A stretch of 63,599 nt of DNA, counting the filler, from Collodictyon triciliatum (Eukaryota): the NCBI GenBank assembly GCA_043381765.1. It is 7 parts of 7 records of this genome, joined end to end, with 100 filler letters (N's around TTAATTAATTAA, not from the genome) between each part and the next. Parts side by side here need not be neighbours in the genome. Positions count along the whole stretch, not along the records: positions 30,896 to 36,743 come from JBHJMP010002232.1; positions 36,844 to 48,987 come from JBHJMP010002233.1; 5 more parts are not named here. One strand, given 5' to 3'. Under the pieces are notes generated by a model, which was not told the origin of the DNA, made no database searches, and saw only the letters and a list, made by a program, of their open reading frames with translations. Positions 33,675-47,672 of the stretch are shown one piece after another. Position 1 is the first letter of the stretch; the number at the start of each line of letters is the position of its first letter. A program made the position numbers and the translations under genes.

Positions 33675-36544
33675 CGATTCGCTCTCAAGTCCCATAGCTT
33701 CACACAATTATCTGTGGCCGTAGTTAAAAAGAATTCATAAGACTCCGGTGGATGTGATACAGATTAAGAGTTTTCACACATCCTAATACTGAATATTAAA
33801 GGAATAATCAATGCTACAATTATTTTTTTTTATTTTTTTTACAAAAATGATGATAGATAAAAGAAGGCAGAAAAGAAACAAGGAACCCGTGATGGCTGAA
33901 TATTAGAAATCATGCGTATTATAAGATTGTCGGGACATAGGACGTTTTACGAGTATGCAAATATATAATGATATGAAAACCTATGTATGGGGCGAGCATG
34001 TGCACCAGGTATTTTCAGTGCTATCGATTTTATGACCTTTTCGAATACGGTGAGACTCTTATCTGATGATGAACAAATGACAATATCTTGACGTAGAAAA
34101 AAAACAATTGATTAGTTAAAAAAATATGAATGTAAAAATTATATGATTAATCATGTCATACAATGCCATACAAGTACAGGGAATAATAAATATTTTTTTT
34201 TTCAGCGAAAGTGACCTAAATGGAAATTTCCTTACGTGATGAAAAGGTATTTATGCATGCAAAGTCTGTGATACGTTGGGCCTCTGATGATAATTTCACA
34301 GCTGATATATACTTATTGTTATTCTGGAACCTGTTTTTATATTTTTTTATTACATTTATTTCATCGATTTGAGGAATTGTTATACATACAAGGATATTAG
34401 AGCAAAAACATCCTCTGAAAGGTTTCATTCAAGATTGCAAGGCTTTCTTTCGCCATTACCGAAGGAGGCCGTCCTTAGGGGTTTCCTCAATCACGCGTTT
34501 GTACCCAATCAACTTACTGCCATAACAACTAAGAACACATTTATTCATATAATAGAACTTTGATTGCCGAATTGGGCCTGAAAATTCTGGATTCTCTTTC
34601 ATTTAATTTTTTTAAAAAGAGTGTAAAAATATATTGATAATTAAAAAAATATAAACAGCTATATTTTTGGCCATACTTAGAGAGTCCGTTTATGTATATG
34701 AACATGAGCATTATATTTTTAAAAGAAAAGACGGAGAATTCCAATACCCTTGCATAATCTTTTGTGTTGTTGGCAACGTATCGAAAAATGACAAATGTGT
34801 TAGGATTTCTACTGCCCCAGAGCCGAACCGTTATATCACCTGAAAAAGTCAACAAATAACATTCTTGAGACTATACGCAACTGAAAGAACCGGGACGCTG
34901 TATCCTATCCATCAAGTTAACAGGTAGATTATGGACAAGTGGTATAATGAGGAACTTCGTCCGCAATCCAGTGCCACTATATAATGTTGGATACACAAGC
35001 AAAAACTGATGAGCTGAATGTCAATTTATAAAATACCTCGATAATTTGTTCCTTCTCCTTTAAACTTTGCGAAAGAGAGCTTTATTTCACGAGTGACTTT
35101 ATCAGCCCCGCAGCTGGTTATTCTCTCAATTGCCTTGATTGATACATTTCGACAGTATGAAGATTCGCTTTCTCTTCCTTTTCTTTTAAAAACCATCATC
35201 ACACAAAAACATCCAAGTGATAGGATAAAAACAAGAAGGCAGTGATATTGGAAAAATATTCACATGAATGGGTCAGGCGTAGAACGGCGCCGGATTGTGG
35301 CAGAATAACAGATGCCCGAGGTTGAGGAACATGAAGAGGCTCACGATTTATGGGGCACTTTTTTCCAGTAAGTTCCTAGAATGTCAGATGAAAGAATGCA
35401 ATATCAAAACACATCTCAAAAGTCTCATCCTTCTCCAATATATACACTTTTTTTTCAATTTGAAAATCAGCTATTATTCATTCAGTCGTTGGCTTTCCTT
35501 TTAAAACAATTTAAAGAAAAAAGAAAAAATGATTATTGTGTATATAAGCCAGGTGTATGTATGTGTGTTTAACTCTTTTTTTAAAATTTTTTTATGTTAT
35601 TTACTATATATATGATTAAGTGCTAGTTATAGATGCAAAACCCTGATGAGCCTAATCTCTTTAAAGTTGTCTTTGGTTTTGTTGAGTTGACTGGAGCAGC
35701 TCCGTATCCTGACGACTTTACCCTTGAGTGAAATGTGACTGGGTTGTTAACAATCTTTGGAATTTTTCCTTCAAAGTTGAGGAGGCTGAAGCCATACATG
35801 CAAAAAGAAGGGAAACAGGGTTGAGATTGGGTTATAAAACATGCGATTTCTTTGTGTCAATCAGTCCAATATGTAAAGAAATATTGCACAATACCCTTAT
35901 GAATTTACCTCCATTTTAATCGTCTTGTAAACGAAATAGATACTGAGAAATGGGATGAAGAATAACATAATAATAAGGTGACATTGAATAAAGTATACAC
36001 GAGCTCCTCTCAATGTTACAAAGGGATTATCTTCCGCCTTGGGCTCTAATTTGACAACAAAATCCGTCATAAGGCAGGAATTGGCCTGCAGTGGCTTCGA
36101 AGGAAACACTGATATGACTTCGTCGCTTTGCTAGGTATTACAAAGAGTGTTGAAGTTTTTGTTTATATTAGATACAACTAATTTTTTTTATTCACATAGA
36201 TGCATTTTTAATAGACTTATTATGATAATATATTTGTTTAATCGTAAGAAAGGGTAAATATATGAATATACAACTTGGATAAGATTTGTAGTCACGACGA
36301 AGCTAAATACTTTTGGAAGAAAATGATTGGCCATGCAGCGAAGGCACTTTATTTTAAAAAGAAAAAGACGGGTCAAATTCTCTTACCACTTTCGAATACC
36401 AGTCATTAATATTAGTAAACCAGAAAAATGAGTTCCGATCAATATTATCATGACAAACCGGCGTGTCAGTGAAGGGACAAACGACATAATTCGATGCAGT
36501 AAACCCGACACTGGGAGATGCTAAAGATGCCGATGATGGTGCTA
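33675..36544 (-). pseudogene. WDR27: WDR27-like WD40 gene, partial, with an in-frame stop and frameshifts
   Basis: PVTFHSRVKSSGYG, SKFYYMNKCVL, ITDFACINTFSSHIVIC, AHARPIH and SYEFFLTTATDNCVKLWDLR match recalled WDR27 motifs in order. There is a TAA at 33764-33766 and frame breaks at ~34860, ~35128 and probably ~35360-35640. Confidence 0.75.
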
Positions 36545-37092
36545 CTGGTGATTAAGAGGACGCTTCAAGAAAGGCAAGAAACAAAACAAAACAAAACAAA
36601 ACAAAACAAAACAAAACAAAACAAAACAAAACAAAACAAAACAAAACAAACAATAAAAAACAAACAATAAAAAACAAACAATAAAAAACAAACAATAAAA
36701 AACAAACAATAAAAAACAAACAATAAAAAACAAACAATAAAAANNNNNNNNNNNNNNNNNNNNNNNNNNNNNNNNNNNNNNNNNNNNTTAATTAATTAAN
36801 NNNNNNNNNNNNNNNNNNNNNNNNNNNNNNNNNNNNNNNNNNNTTTTTGTTTTTTTTTTTTTTTTTGTTTTTTTTTTGGTTTCTTAAATAGAATGATCTG
36901 AAGTCGTGCGCTTTGGGAACGGTGTGAAGGGATCGAGATGAGCGAGAAACAAACAGAAGCCCTCTTGCTTACCTGTCACGTCACCTCTGTCACATTTCAC
37001 AATCCCAAGATCGAAGGGCAGACTTTCATCCAACCATCCAAACTTAGAGAGTCAGAAAGTATCACCACGGCATAATCCCACAATCCCACACG

Positions 37093-37127
<35 letters not shown>

Positions 37128-37607
37128 GATGGCGCCCTTGTGTGAAGATGTGTATTTTTTCACTGCTTGACATCTCAAAGGAAAAAATGCACCCAGAAAA
37201 AAAAAAGAACAGAAAAGCACAGCGGGCCACATTCTAATCACAAAATTGTTAGCGCGATAGACTCTTCTTTTCTTTTAAAAAATTATGTAAGAAAAAAATC
37301 TTGTTAAAAATAAGGAACTAGAGCAGTCCTCCACCATTCGATGAACTCTTACAAGGAAAGAATTTTTTTCTGTCGCGCACAATCATCGCGCACTCACATA
37401 GAAAAGCCCATGAGTGTTGAGATTGACGCAGATATCAACCTTATGTGACTATTAGGGCGTCAATCAAAAATGTTGTGATTCGTTTTCGTTGTTTTTTTAT
37501 GTGGGCGCTTCACTGGATAAGTGGAATTAAAAAATGAAGAAAAGAGAGAATAAGAATTGAGTAATGCATATGTTCTTCGATGCGAGGCAAAAAAAAAGCT
37601 GCTGATA

Positions 37608-40600
37608 TTATGCGTTCACCCTTTCCAACTCGATTTCACGTTGAGCTGATGAGATATCATCCATTCGGTTATCAATCTTTTTACTTCTAAGGTAGGGAGT
37701 CAAAAACGATATTACTAATGCAACGGCAATCCAAATTGTGTTCAACGATATCAAAAGTGCAGTTATCCATCGATTCGATGTCAAGAAGCTTGACAAAAGT
37801 GCGAGAAATAAGGAAAAAAATATAACGTAAAGACTCGACAGCTCTAATCTATTTTCAAGCTCTGACTTGTAGGGACGGTGCTTCATCTGCATCCAAATAG
37901 ATGTCTATATTTGTAATTAATAATGTGAACAAATGAATTCAGAAAATCTTACAAAATATGTGCATCTATACCTGTATGATTATCACCAGAAACAAAAAGA
38001 ATATTGAAGGAGATGTGTATGGTATCATGCTGATGACGAAGGAAAATGCCACCCTTCTGGATACAATCACGAATTCCCAATTTTTATGCTCCTAAACAAA
38101 AAAAAATGAATAGAGTAAGAGGCTTGAAGAATGAATAAATGGATAAATAAATAAATGAATGACTCTAAAAAACAAAAAAGAAACAACAAACAAACAAACA
38201 AACAAACAAACAAACAAACAAACAAACAAACAAACAAACAAACAAACAAACAAACAAACAAACAAACAAACAAACAAACAAACAAAGAGAGCGGCACATA
38301 TTTGGATCTATGGTCGACTTACTTCACTGTATGGCAAATAAAGAAACCCATATCTGGCCTTCTCTGTTTCCTCATTAAGATTTATTATGTCCTTCATTTT
38401 TTTCCAGATAAATGTAGGAAATCCAATTAAGTAAAAGATAAAGACAGGAATAGACAGGCCCATGATTTTTTTGTATTCGTCAGAGGCAGGACTGCACATA
38501 ATCCAAGGAGCGTAATTGAGATACCATATCTGCTCTCCGCTGTCATAAATAGTACACCCGAACACTCCGAAAATTTCTTTGGATATTGAGTAGTAGATAA
38601 CAAACAACAAATTTGCCGTGATAAAGATTGCCTGATTAACAGATATTATTGTAAGAATCTTAAGTCAAGTTAACTTAGTAAAAAACAATAATTGATATGA
38701 ACATATACCTTGTTTTTCACATGAATCGACCCGAATGTATACATAGTCATACCAAGTGCGATGAATATAGGGATTCTAATAAAACTGGCAATTAGATAAC
38801 TTAAAAATGAATTCGTGCCTAGGGCACAAAATATATTTGGCATCTGTATTGAACCAACGGATGATGATGTGTCGATAAAACTACTAATTTCTTTTGATTT
38901 GATAAGACCGGAAGATATAATTGATAATGTCTGAAGGTGGAACAGGACAATTCGAATTTTAGCTACATTTTTGTAAAAAAAAAGTCTGAGTTGTAATAAA
39001 ATAATTAAAATGCAAAACAATGATTTTTACCTGAAGAAGAAGATTCTGAAAAGAAAAGATACGAAATGAAAAGGCATAATCCAATCGCCATCATAACCGG
39101 AGTTAAATAAAGTGATCGATTATCACACCGTATGCAAGAAACTCCTTCTTTTCCATACCCATCTTTGCATTTGGAGCAAGCATGATTTGTGTACCCATCT
39201 TCGCAAGTATCTTTAACATACGTTGTTGAATTTGATTTTGGATTTTGGCGCTGTAAAATTGTAAAGCATGCATCGGGTATAGGGCAAGGTATGATGGTCT
39301 TGACCTCATTTATATTAGGAGATGCATAGCATAATTTCAAGGATATCCCATCATAACATTCACATTCTGATGGACAACGGATGCAATTATCTCCAACTCC
39401 GAAGTAATTCGGCAAACATTGGCAAAATTTGCTGTCATAATATTGAGAGTCTAGAACTACCTCTGTTTTATTTCTGGCTCGGCCCAAAACAAATACAGAT
39501 GGACATATGTATAGCTTGTGCTTATCCTCCAGGTTAAATGGGTCTCCATAATCCATGAATTTGGGTAAATAATTATAATTTATGTGACTCATGTTTGTTC
39601 GATGAAATCCAAAGTATTCGATATTCACAAAGTTATCGTAGGATTCAGGTATTTGCCCGGTGATAGGATTTCCAGATATATCCATATGTGTCCATTTCAT
39701 TAAATTTGGAACTCGACTTATTTTTGTTATGCGATTGTTCTTCATGCTGAATTTTACCATATTTGAAAGGTAGTTATAGACTTCCCAGTTTAGTTCTCCA
39801 TAAATGTAATTATCATCAAGTATCAAAGTTTTGTATGCAAATACTTTTATGCGATTGATAGAGTTAGGTACAATAAATTCCTTGACATCTCCCGAAAATA
39901 AATTATTGCTTAAATCTATGAAATTAAGGTTCTTAAGAAACCAAAAGTAAGATGGCATACTTCCGACAAACATGTTGTGTGATAAAGTTACATATTTTAA
40001 ATTAAGTAAATTATTGATTTCTATAGGGACGTGACCACTCAAGTTATTCATTGACAAGTTAATGTCTTCTATCGATTCTATATCCCAATCATAAGGTATG
40101 TTGCCGGTGAAGCAATTTTCACTAAGGTCTAATTTCTTCAGCAGAGATAACTTAAATGAAGGTAATTTTGAAGTGAAGTTATTTCTGAACGCTACGATTT
40201 CTTCAACAAAGGGGCAGTACTTGAACGAGGGTAGTTCTCCACTGAGATTATTACCGTATCCGATTAAAGATTTTAATTGATTCAAATTCGTGAACTCAGG
40301 CAGAGAGCCTGTGAGTAAAATCGATTAGCTTTGTTTTTCTCGAAGCATTTTTTTTTTTTGCTGTGATTAAAAATATAAATGATTTTTATACCGTATATGT
40401 TATTTCCAGAGAAATCTATGACTTTCAAGGAAGACAAATTTTCAAAGTCCGGTATTGTGCCTTCATCATTTTAATTTTCAAATATTCATTAGTAAATTAT
40501 GCGCCTTTTCTGAAATAAAAAATGAGGAATTTTTCTAATCAAGATAGTGTTAAGTTTTATGTAACACATCTACCTGATATATTGCTGTTGGAAATATATA

Positions 40601-43600
40601 AATATTGCAATGATGGAGCAACCAAGTCCGGTATGGAACCTTAATTATTAACTATGACTAGAACGCATTTTTCTATCGAGCTTCTATTATTTTTTGGTCT
40701 TTTCATGGAAACATGTTTTTAAATATTTCATACCTGATATGTTGTTGCTTGATGCGTCGATTTCTTTGATGTTAACAGACTCTGATAATAAGGGGATAGT
40801 GCCTTTTTTTTAAAAAAATTTGGTGAGTCAGAGGAAAATTTAACATTCCTGTCATCCATTTAATTAAAAATAATATTGTTTCAAAGAAAAAATTACCTGT
40901 TAATTGATTATCGAATAATATTAACGTCTCGATAAGAGGACACTTGCCAAAAATTGGTATGGAACCTATTAAAAATTGAATGGTGAAAATTAAATAGAAT
41001 AGATTTTTTAGCCTAAAGATACATATTAAATATCATGGATATTTCAAAATTTAAATCTAAAATATAAAAAGATACCATGCAGTCTATTTTCAGCAAACTG
41101 GATGTATTTTAGGGCAGGTAAATTGCTAAAATCTGGTATCACTCCTGGGTAATTCCAATAAAGATATCAATTGATAGAAAATTAGGTGTTAAAATCACAG
41201 GATTATTTTTTATATCTTATGATCTTTGAAGGGTGTATTTTCGGCCTAGATTTGGTTTCTAAATGAAATTTTATGTAATTTTTACCGCTGAGTTTATTTT
41301 CGTGGAGGTGAATTTTAATCATCAGAGGCATATTAGAAAAGTTTGGTACAGAACCTAATTATTGCCAAATTATGCTTAAAATAAAATTTTTTAATATTTA
41401 TTTTATTCTTCCTTTCAATTTTGTGCAGGATGGTGGAGATCTGGCTTTGGAAATTTTTGTAATATTAAATACGAATAAATTAACATAAAATTTTGATAGG
41501 AATTGGTTGATTGATCTTTTCAATAAATTTTTTTGTCTCGCCTTCCAACATATTGTTATCAAGTGCTATAAATTCAACTCTTGCAAGATTTTGGAAATCT
41601 GGAATCGTGCCTTTGAATTCAATTTAAATTTTGATTTAAATTCAGATATATTTTTAATTAAGTGCGCAATACTTTTTTTTTCCTTTATTCGATTGGAATC
41701 AATAAAGTGCGCAATATAACCACCGTCATAATAAAAATCGAATGCTGTAGGTGATACAATAAGGTAATAAGAATTTGTTACCGTTAAATCTGTTTGATGA
41801 AAGCATAAGGAGACGAACCATATTTAGGTATTTGAAATTTGGTAAATTTCCTACAAAAGTGAAAATCTGCTAAGGATTAAAGAAATCCTTAATTCACAAT
41901 AGATGAGTTATCATACCATGCAACATATTGTACGTCAAGGTAATGATTTCGCACTGAGGATTGTTGTCAAAATCTGGAATAACTCCTGGATTTGGAATGA
42001 ATCAAATCTTGACTGTTGAAATTTATAAATCTTTCTCCAGTACATGTACATATTACACTATGGATTATGATCAAGCTTCAAACCAATAAATCTATTCGAT
42101 TCCAACGATATGATTTTCAAATTTGTTACGTGGGTGAAATTCGGGATGGTTCCTATTTCAAATAGCCTCTCAGAACTCTGGTTTTATCAACAACATTATA
42201 TGTATTTCCCTTTGTTTGTACTAGTGGTGATCTTAAAGAACCTGATAGAGTATTTTGATGTAGATATAGTTCCCCAAGAAAGGGCATCATCTGAAAATCA
42301 GGTATTGTTCCTACATTTCGAAATCATGGCATTAAAATTAGACATGACCAAAGTGAGACAACATATTCGATGCCTTAAAGTGGTGTATAGTCACAAAAAT
42401 GCGGTTAGGGTACTTTTATAAAAAAAATTATCACCTATGAGATTATTCTGAAATAAATTAACAGATATGACATTTGGGAACATGAAATTAGATATGGTTC
42501 CTGGGAGCCAATAAATAAAATTAATGCATAAGATATTATAACAATGTCCCCAAATTTTATAAATATGCTCATATACTGAAGTAACATTTTCAATATCGAT
42601 TCAATTTTATGCATTCTAGTAGGTTGCTCTTTGATAGTATATTGTTTCAACTTGTATGTTCAATTTTTATTCAGAGTCATTTGCACTTATTTCGATTAAT
42701 ATGTTTTTTCGAGAAAGTATAAAAAATAGTCTGAAACCTGTAAGTTGATTACGCGAAAAACTTATAATTCGAATGTTCAGCATTTTATCGAATCTTGGCA
42801 GATTACCTATTAAAAAATTGTGTTATATTTTCTCAATTTTAAATAAGCGATACCAACTTTATATTATTACATTTAAAAAAATCCCTTGAATCGAGAATGA
42901 GATGAGTGAATTTCTGATATGTTTTTACAATTAACCTACCAGATAACAAGTTATCAAAGAGATAAAGATATCCGATATTATACATATACTTGAAGTTTGG
43001 TATAGTTCCTGAGAAAAAAAACTCAGTGGTCTAATTGAAGGAGGATATGTGTGTCAAATTGTTTTACGCAAAAATTTTAATAATCTACAGACTAATCCAG
43101 TCCAATTATATTTCAAACTCACCAATTAAATAATTGTCGTTCATGTACAACTGGTATACTTTTGGTAAGTTATCAAAATCCGAAATTTCACCTAATTTAC
43201 AAACTTAATTTTCTATTCACAACTATTTTGAAAATTTTTATGATTTACCTGTAATTCTTGTTTTATAGATCCCAAGTACTTCGACATTTGGTATGAAAGA
43301 AAATTTTGGCATCGCACCTAAGGACTTGTTTTAGAAACTGTCATGTAAGCAGGAATAGGAGAAAATGCTCTGGATGATAAGATATTTGAAATATCGTTAC
43401 CTTCTATTAAATTACTGCTTCCAGACCAAAGTGTATTGACAAATGGGATGGACGAAAAATCAGGAATGAATCCGCTTAATATATTTCTGTCAATTTCCAA
43501 ATGCTCCAACAACTGAATTCCCTGAAAATCTGGTGTAAGTCCAGATAGCAAGTTATAATATAGGTTTAGGTATGTGAGGCTTGGCATATTAAAGTCTCTC

Positions 43601-44500
43601 ATGTCCCCATAAATATAGTTCCCTGACATATCCAGATTTTTCAAGAAAGCTAATGATTCCCATAAAGATGAGATTTCATCAATATCTCCGTAGAGATAAT
43701 TGTTGGATAGCCATAGTCCTACGACAGGGCATGTGTTGTTCTGGTAAATAAGTGAGGTATGGTTAATTGAGCTTATGTTGTGCTTGCTTCACGAATTATG
43801 GTATATTAAATGTAAAGTGACTGTCTAAATTTAAGCCACCTGGATGGATACTTCAGAGCATTGTTGGGAGCACTCGATTCCAGTCCATTCGCATATAGGG
43901 ACATTATAATCTTTCCAGTGATAATTGTCAATCCAGCTATCACCGTTTGAGGCGTCATAGAATTTTGACAGGGTGTCTACTTGGCTATCAACCGAACGCT
44001 TCCATTCTGACACTTGGGAGTCTGCCGAAGAATTTGTAGAGCTATCGTATCTGCGATATTTCGATTTACGTACAAAATTATTTAAACTGAACACAAAAGG
44101 GATATTCTGTTAAATTTCAAATGCGATCAAAACAGAAGTCTACTTATATTCCCCGATTTCGAAATCTTCATTATCAAGCGTTAATGTGTCGATAATATCG
44201 TCCAGGACTGGGCATACTTGATCATATAATTTCAACAAAATTGAAATAGCTGTGTCTCTATCCATCGACATAATATCAGAGTGGCTGTACTGGCATTTCA
44301 GAGGAACATAATTTTGTAATCTAACAAGACATAATTGCAATCGTCAATAAATTGCTAATAGCTTCCTTAAAATTAGTATCAAAATTTCACCTTCTATCTG
44401 ATGCAGACATAACTACAACAGATAAAACCAAGGATATGATGGAAACCAGTCTTATTCCTGACCTTACTCTGGACGTTTTCAAATGGACATGAAAATCTCT
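37608..44500 (-). CDS. LRR ectodomain + Cys-rich region + multi-TM (GPCR-like) receptor; start uncertain
   Basis: LRRNT cap (FYDASNGDSW...W...ICEWTGIEC) and plant-type LRRs (GxIPxF...LxxNxxxG). Cys-rich segment (CQCLPNYFG...CEDGYTNHACSKCKDGY), then TM segments with YGFLYLPY...WEFVIVSRR and HRPYKSELENRLE; TAA at 37608. Confidence 0.88.
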
Positions 44501-47500
44501 ATTGAAAGTTGAAGTGTTGGTATGACAATGTTAATTTTATCATATTCATCGAGTAAATATATTTTTGTGCATATCATTTGATGGTGCATTTATTAGAGGC
44601 TTCAAAGTTTTGAAGAGTATGTCAATTTATTTTATCAAGATCTAAGTGCTTATCTTAACAGATATCGATGAATAATATGATCTGTATGAATATTGTCATC
44701 TCTACTGAGCCTTATTTTTATTGCTTAACTCAAAGCTCGACCTTCTTCTGGAAATCTATGTAATAAAATAAAAATGTTCAAAATTTTAGAATACTGATTG
44801 GGCAACACGAATGCCGTGCTTTGGAGTCAATATTGGTGCATGAAAAATAGCTATTCTAATCACAAATAGACCTCTTCCGGTGGTTTTGTGTCCTTAGGGT
44901 GATCTACGAATGAAACAATATTTAGAAGCAATATAAGAATCTGCAACATAAACTCAATGTGAATATCAATCAGCATGTATCCGTCAAATTAAACAAATGG
45001 TATTATTTGCTCCAACCCTCTATGGAATCCAGTCTGTAGTTTGGAGGGTATGTAATCTTAAATGTGTACTTTGGTTAATAAAATATTGATTTTTTCAGGT
45101 TTTGCGTATTGTTTGCCTTGTTTTTAATTTGATTTAATTTTTATTTTCTTTGTTTCACCTTTTCATAACCTTGTTCGGAAATCAGATCACTAAAAAAGTA
45201 ACAGACACACAAAATATTTACTTTAGAGGCTAACAATAACTAAAATCTCTTCAAAAGCTATCCACTATGTATCCAAGAAAATAGGGAAAGTAATTACTCA
45301 TCGATTTTGTTTGTTTTCCTTGCTTTAATTTTCACCAAACCAGGATGTTGTCGTTCTAATTTTTGTGTTGGAATGCATTTTGGGGTTAAGTAAGTTGATC
45401 AAATTTATTGAGACATAATTCATCTTGCGAAGAACTCTTTTTTGGGGGTGTATTGTAGATAATAAACATTCTTAAAATTATTGAATTGGGAAATAATATG
45501 ATTAGCCGGCTCTCAACATTAGAAGTTGTGAATATTTACAAATTGGATGGTAAATGTAAGGATTATTTCATCATTTTTAATAGGTTTGAAAGATTTTTAG
45601 GGTCGACCAACACTATGCCTTTTTTTTTCATACAAATTGAAAACTGCTATGGAGAAATATTCGGAGACGATGCAATAAATTTTCCTTAATTTATAGTTTG
45701 AAAATGATCGAAAGTAGTCATCAAGCATATGTCTTAAACACTGACCGAATAGCACATTATTTTGTGGTTCCTTGTCCCATTTTTCTGAATGAAGATGATG
45801 CCAACTAGTGTGGTACTCAGAGCCATCTTTAGAGCTAGTGAAGTATTCTTGTTAAAAATGCGGTTAAAATGAAAGAACCCTAAGATGTTTAATTGTGAAA
45901 ATTTTAGATGAAGTGACGAAAGTTTCATTAATGCGAGCAGGATTATCCCAGTGTAATTATTTGAAAGACCTGGTGGTATATATCTCCATTCCCTATATTT
46001 CGCAAAGCTAAGGGTTTACAATTTATGAATAATGAACCCAATGAACTAAAAAATAAGTAATTATTCCATGGATCTCAATATGATGCTTTGTTAGAGATAA
46101 TAACATGATACTATTGTTCCCTATGAATCATATGTGCTGAACACACCTTTAAATAGAGTCTCGATTGAATATACTCTTTTTGGAGCTCAAGGAAATATCG
46201 CAATAAAGAGAGGATAATCTTTGTTATGTTTTTTTTTTCTAGCGTTAGTAAAGCAGATTTATCATATTGCGAGACAAGGCATATCAAGTGATGACTGAAA
46301 GAAATTTTATTGATACTTNNNNNNNNNNNNNNNNNNNNNNNNNNNNNNNNNNNNNNNNNNNNNNNNNNNNNNNNNNNNNNNNNNNNNNNNNNNNNNNNNN
46401 NNNNNNNNNNNNNNNNNNNNNNNNNNNNNNNNNNNNNNNNNNNNNNNNNNNNNNNNNNNNNNNNNNNNNNNNNNNNNNNNNNNNNNNNNNNNNNNNNNNN
46501 NNNNNNNNNNNNNNNNNNNNNNNNNNNNNNNNNNNNNNNNNNNNNNNNNNNNNNNNNNNNNNNNNNNNNNNNNNNNNNNNNNNNNNNNNNNNNNNNNNNN
46601 NNNNNNNNNNNNNNNNNNNNNNNNNNNNNNNNNNNNNNNNNNNNNNNNNNNNNNNNNNNNNNNNNNNNNNNNNNNNNNNNNNNNNNNNNNNNNNNNNNNN
46701 NNNNNNNNNNNNNNNNNNNNNNNNNNNNNNNNNNNNNNNNNNNNNNNNNNNNNNNNNNNNNNNNNNNNNNNNNNNNNNNNNNNNNNNNNNNNNNNNNNNN
46801 NNNNNNNNNNNNNNNNNNNNNNNNNNNNNNNNNNNNNNNNNNNNNNNNNNNNNNNNNNNNNNNNNNNNNNNNNNNNNNNNNNNNNNNNNNNNNNNNNNNN
46901 NNNNNNNNNNNNNNNNNNNNNNNNNNNNNNNNNNNNNNNNNNNNNNNNAAAATACACAGCAAGGACAGCAGAAAATACCTTTCGGTTATGCAGGGCTCGC
47001 GCAACATTGTGAGCTTTGATCCAAACAACTTTTTTTTTTTTTTATTATCGGCTTGGAGGTTGTGACGAGGAAATAATTGAGCAGTACAAATCATCTCGCC
47101 CATAGAGCTAACGAATTGTTCGCCCAAAGCAACGCACAAAGGGAAGGTGGGCAAAGAAGAAACATTCAATCACATCCACAAACTTTGGGCTGTTTCTTTG
47201 AAAATTCTATAAAACTTTATGTTTTCTAAATCTTTGTTCATCCCAGCCGAAACACTGCGTCGACTGTGCCCGTGGCAACATCTCTTCTGGAATTAGGAAA
47301 AAATCTCTTCTGGAATATAAATTTGATAAGCTTTGACGGACTTACTTTCCGTGCGTGGCGCCTTTTCAGCTCTCCACTCTGACAGAACTGCTCTTTTACT
47401 CAAATGACGAAGAACTGTGTACTAGTGTGGGACTGTATTTCTGCAAAACGGCTCTCATGTCGCAATTGCTGGCAATCTATCCTGCCTTTGGCAGTGCAGA

Positions 47501-47672
47501 TGCTGTCCATGATGGGTGTTGAAATCTTTCTCATCAGTCCCTTTAGCTACGACTCATCAAAACGGACGGAGCAACAAAGTCATTTCGTTCACGACACCCT
47601 CTTGTCCAAAACGCAAGCGAATGAACGAAATAATGATGAGGAAATTTTCGATTGAATGTCACCCCATTTCAT

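Noticed and set aside
33764-33766. TAA-to-Gln reassignment (alternative genetic code)
   Set aside because: TAA terminates intact genes here (1425, 37608, 49855, 59268). The 805- and 426-aa ORFs contain no in-frame TAA, and the only case lies in a gene that also has frameshifts.
45950-47660. Possible exons flanking the 46319-46948 gap
   Set aside because: Some exon-like open stretches exist on both strands, but with no consistent chain or recognisable motif.
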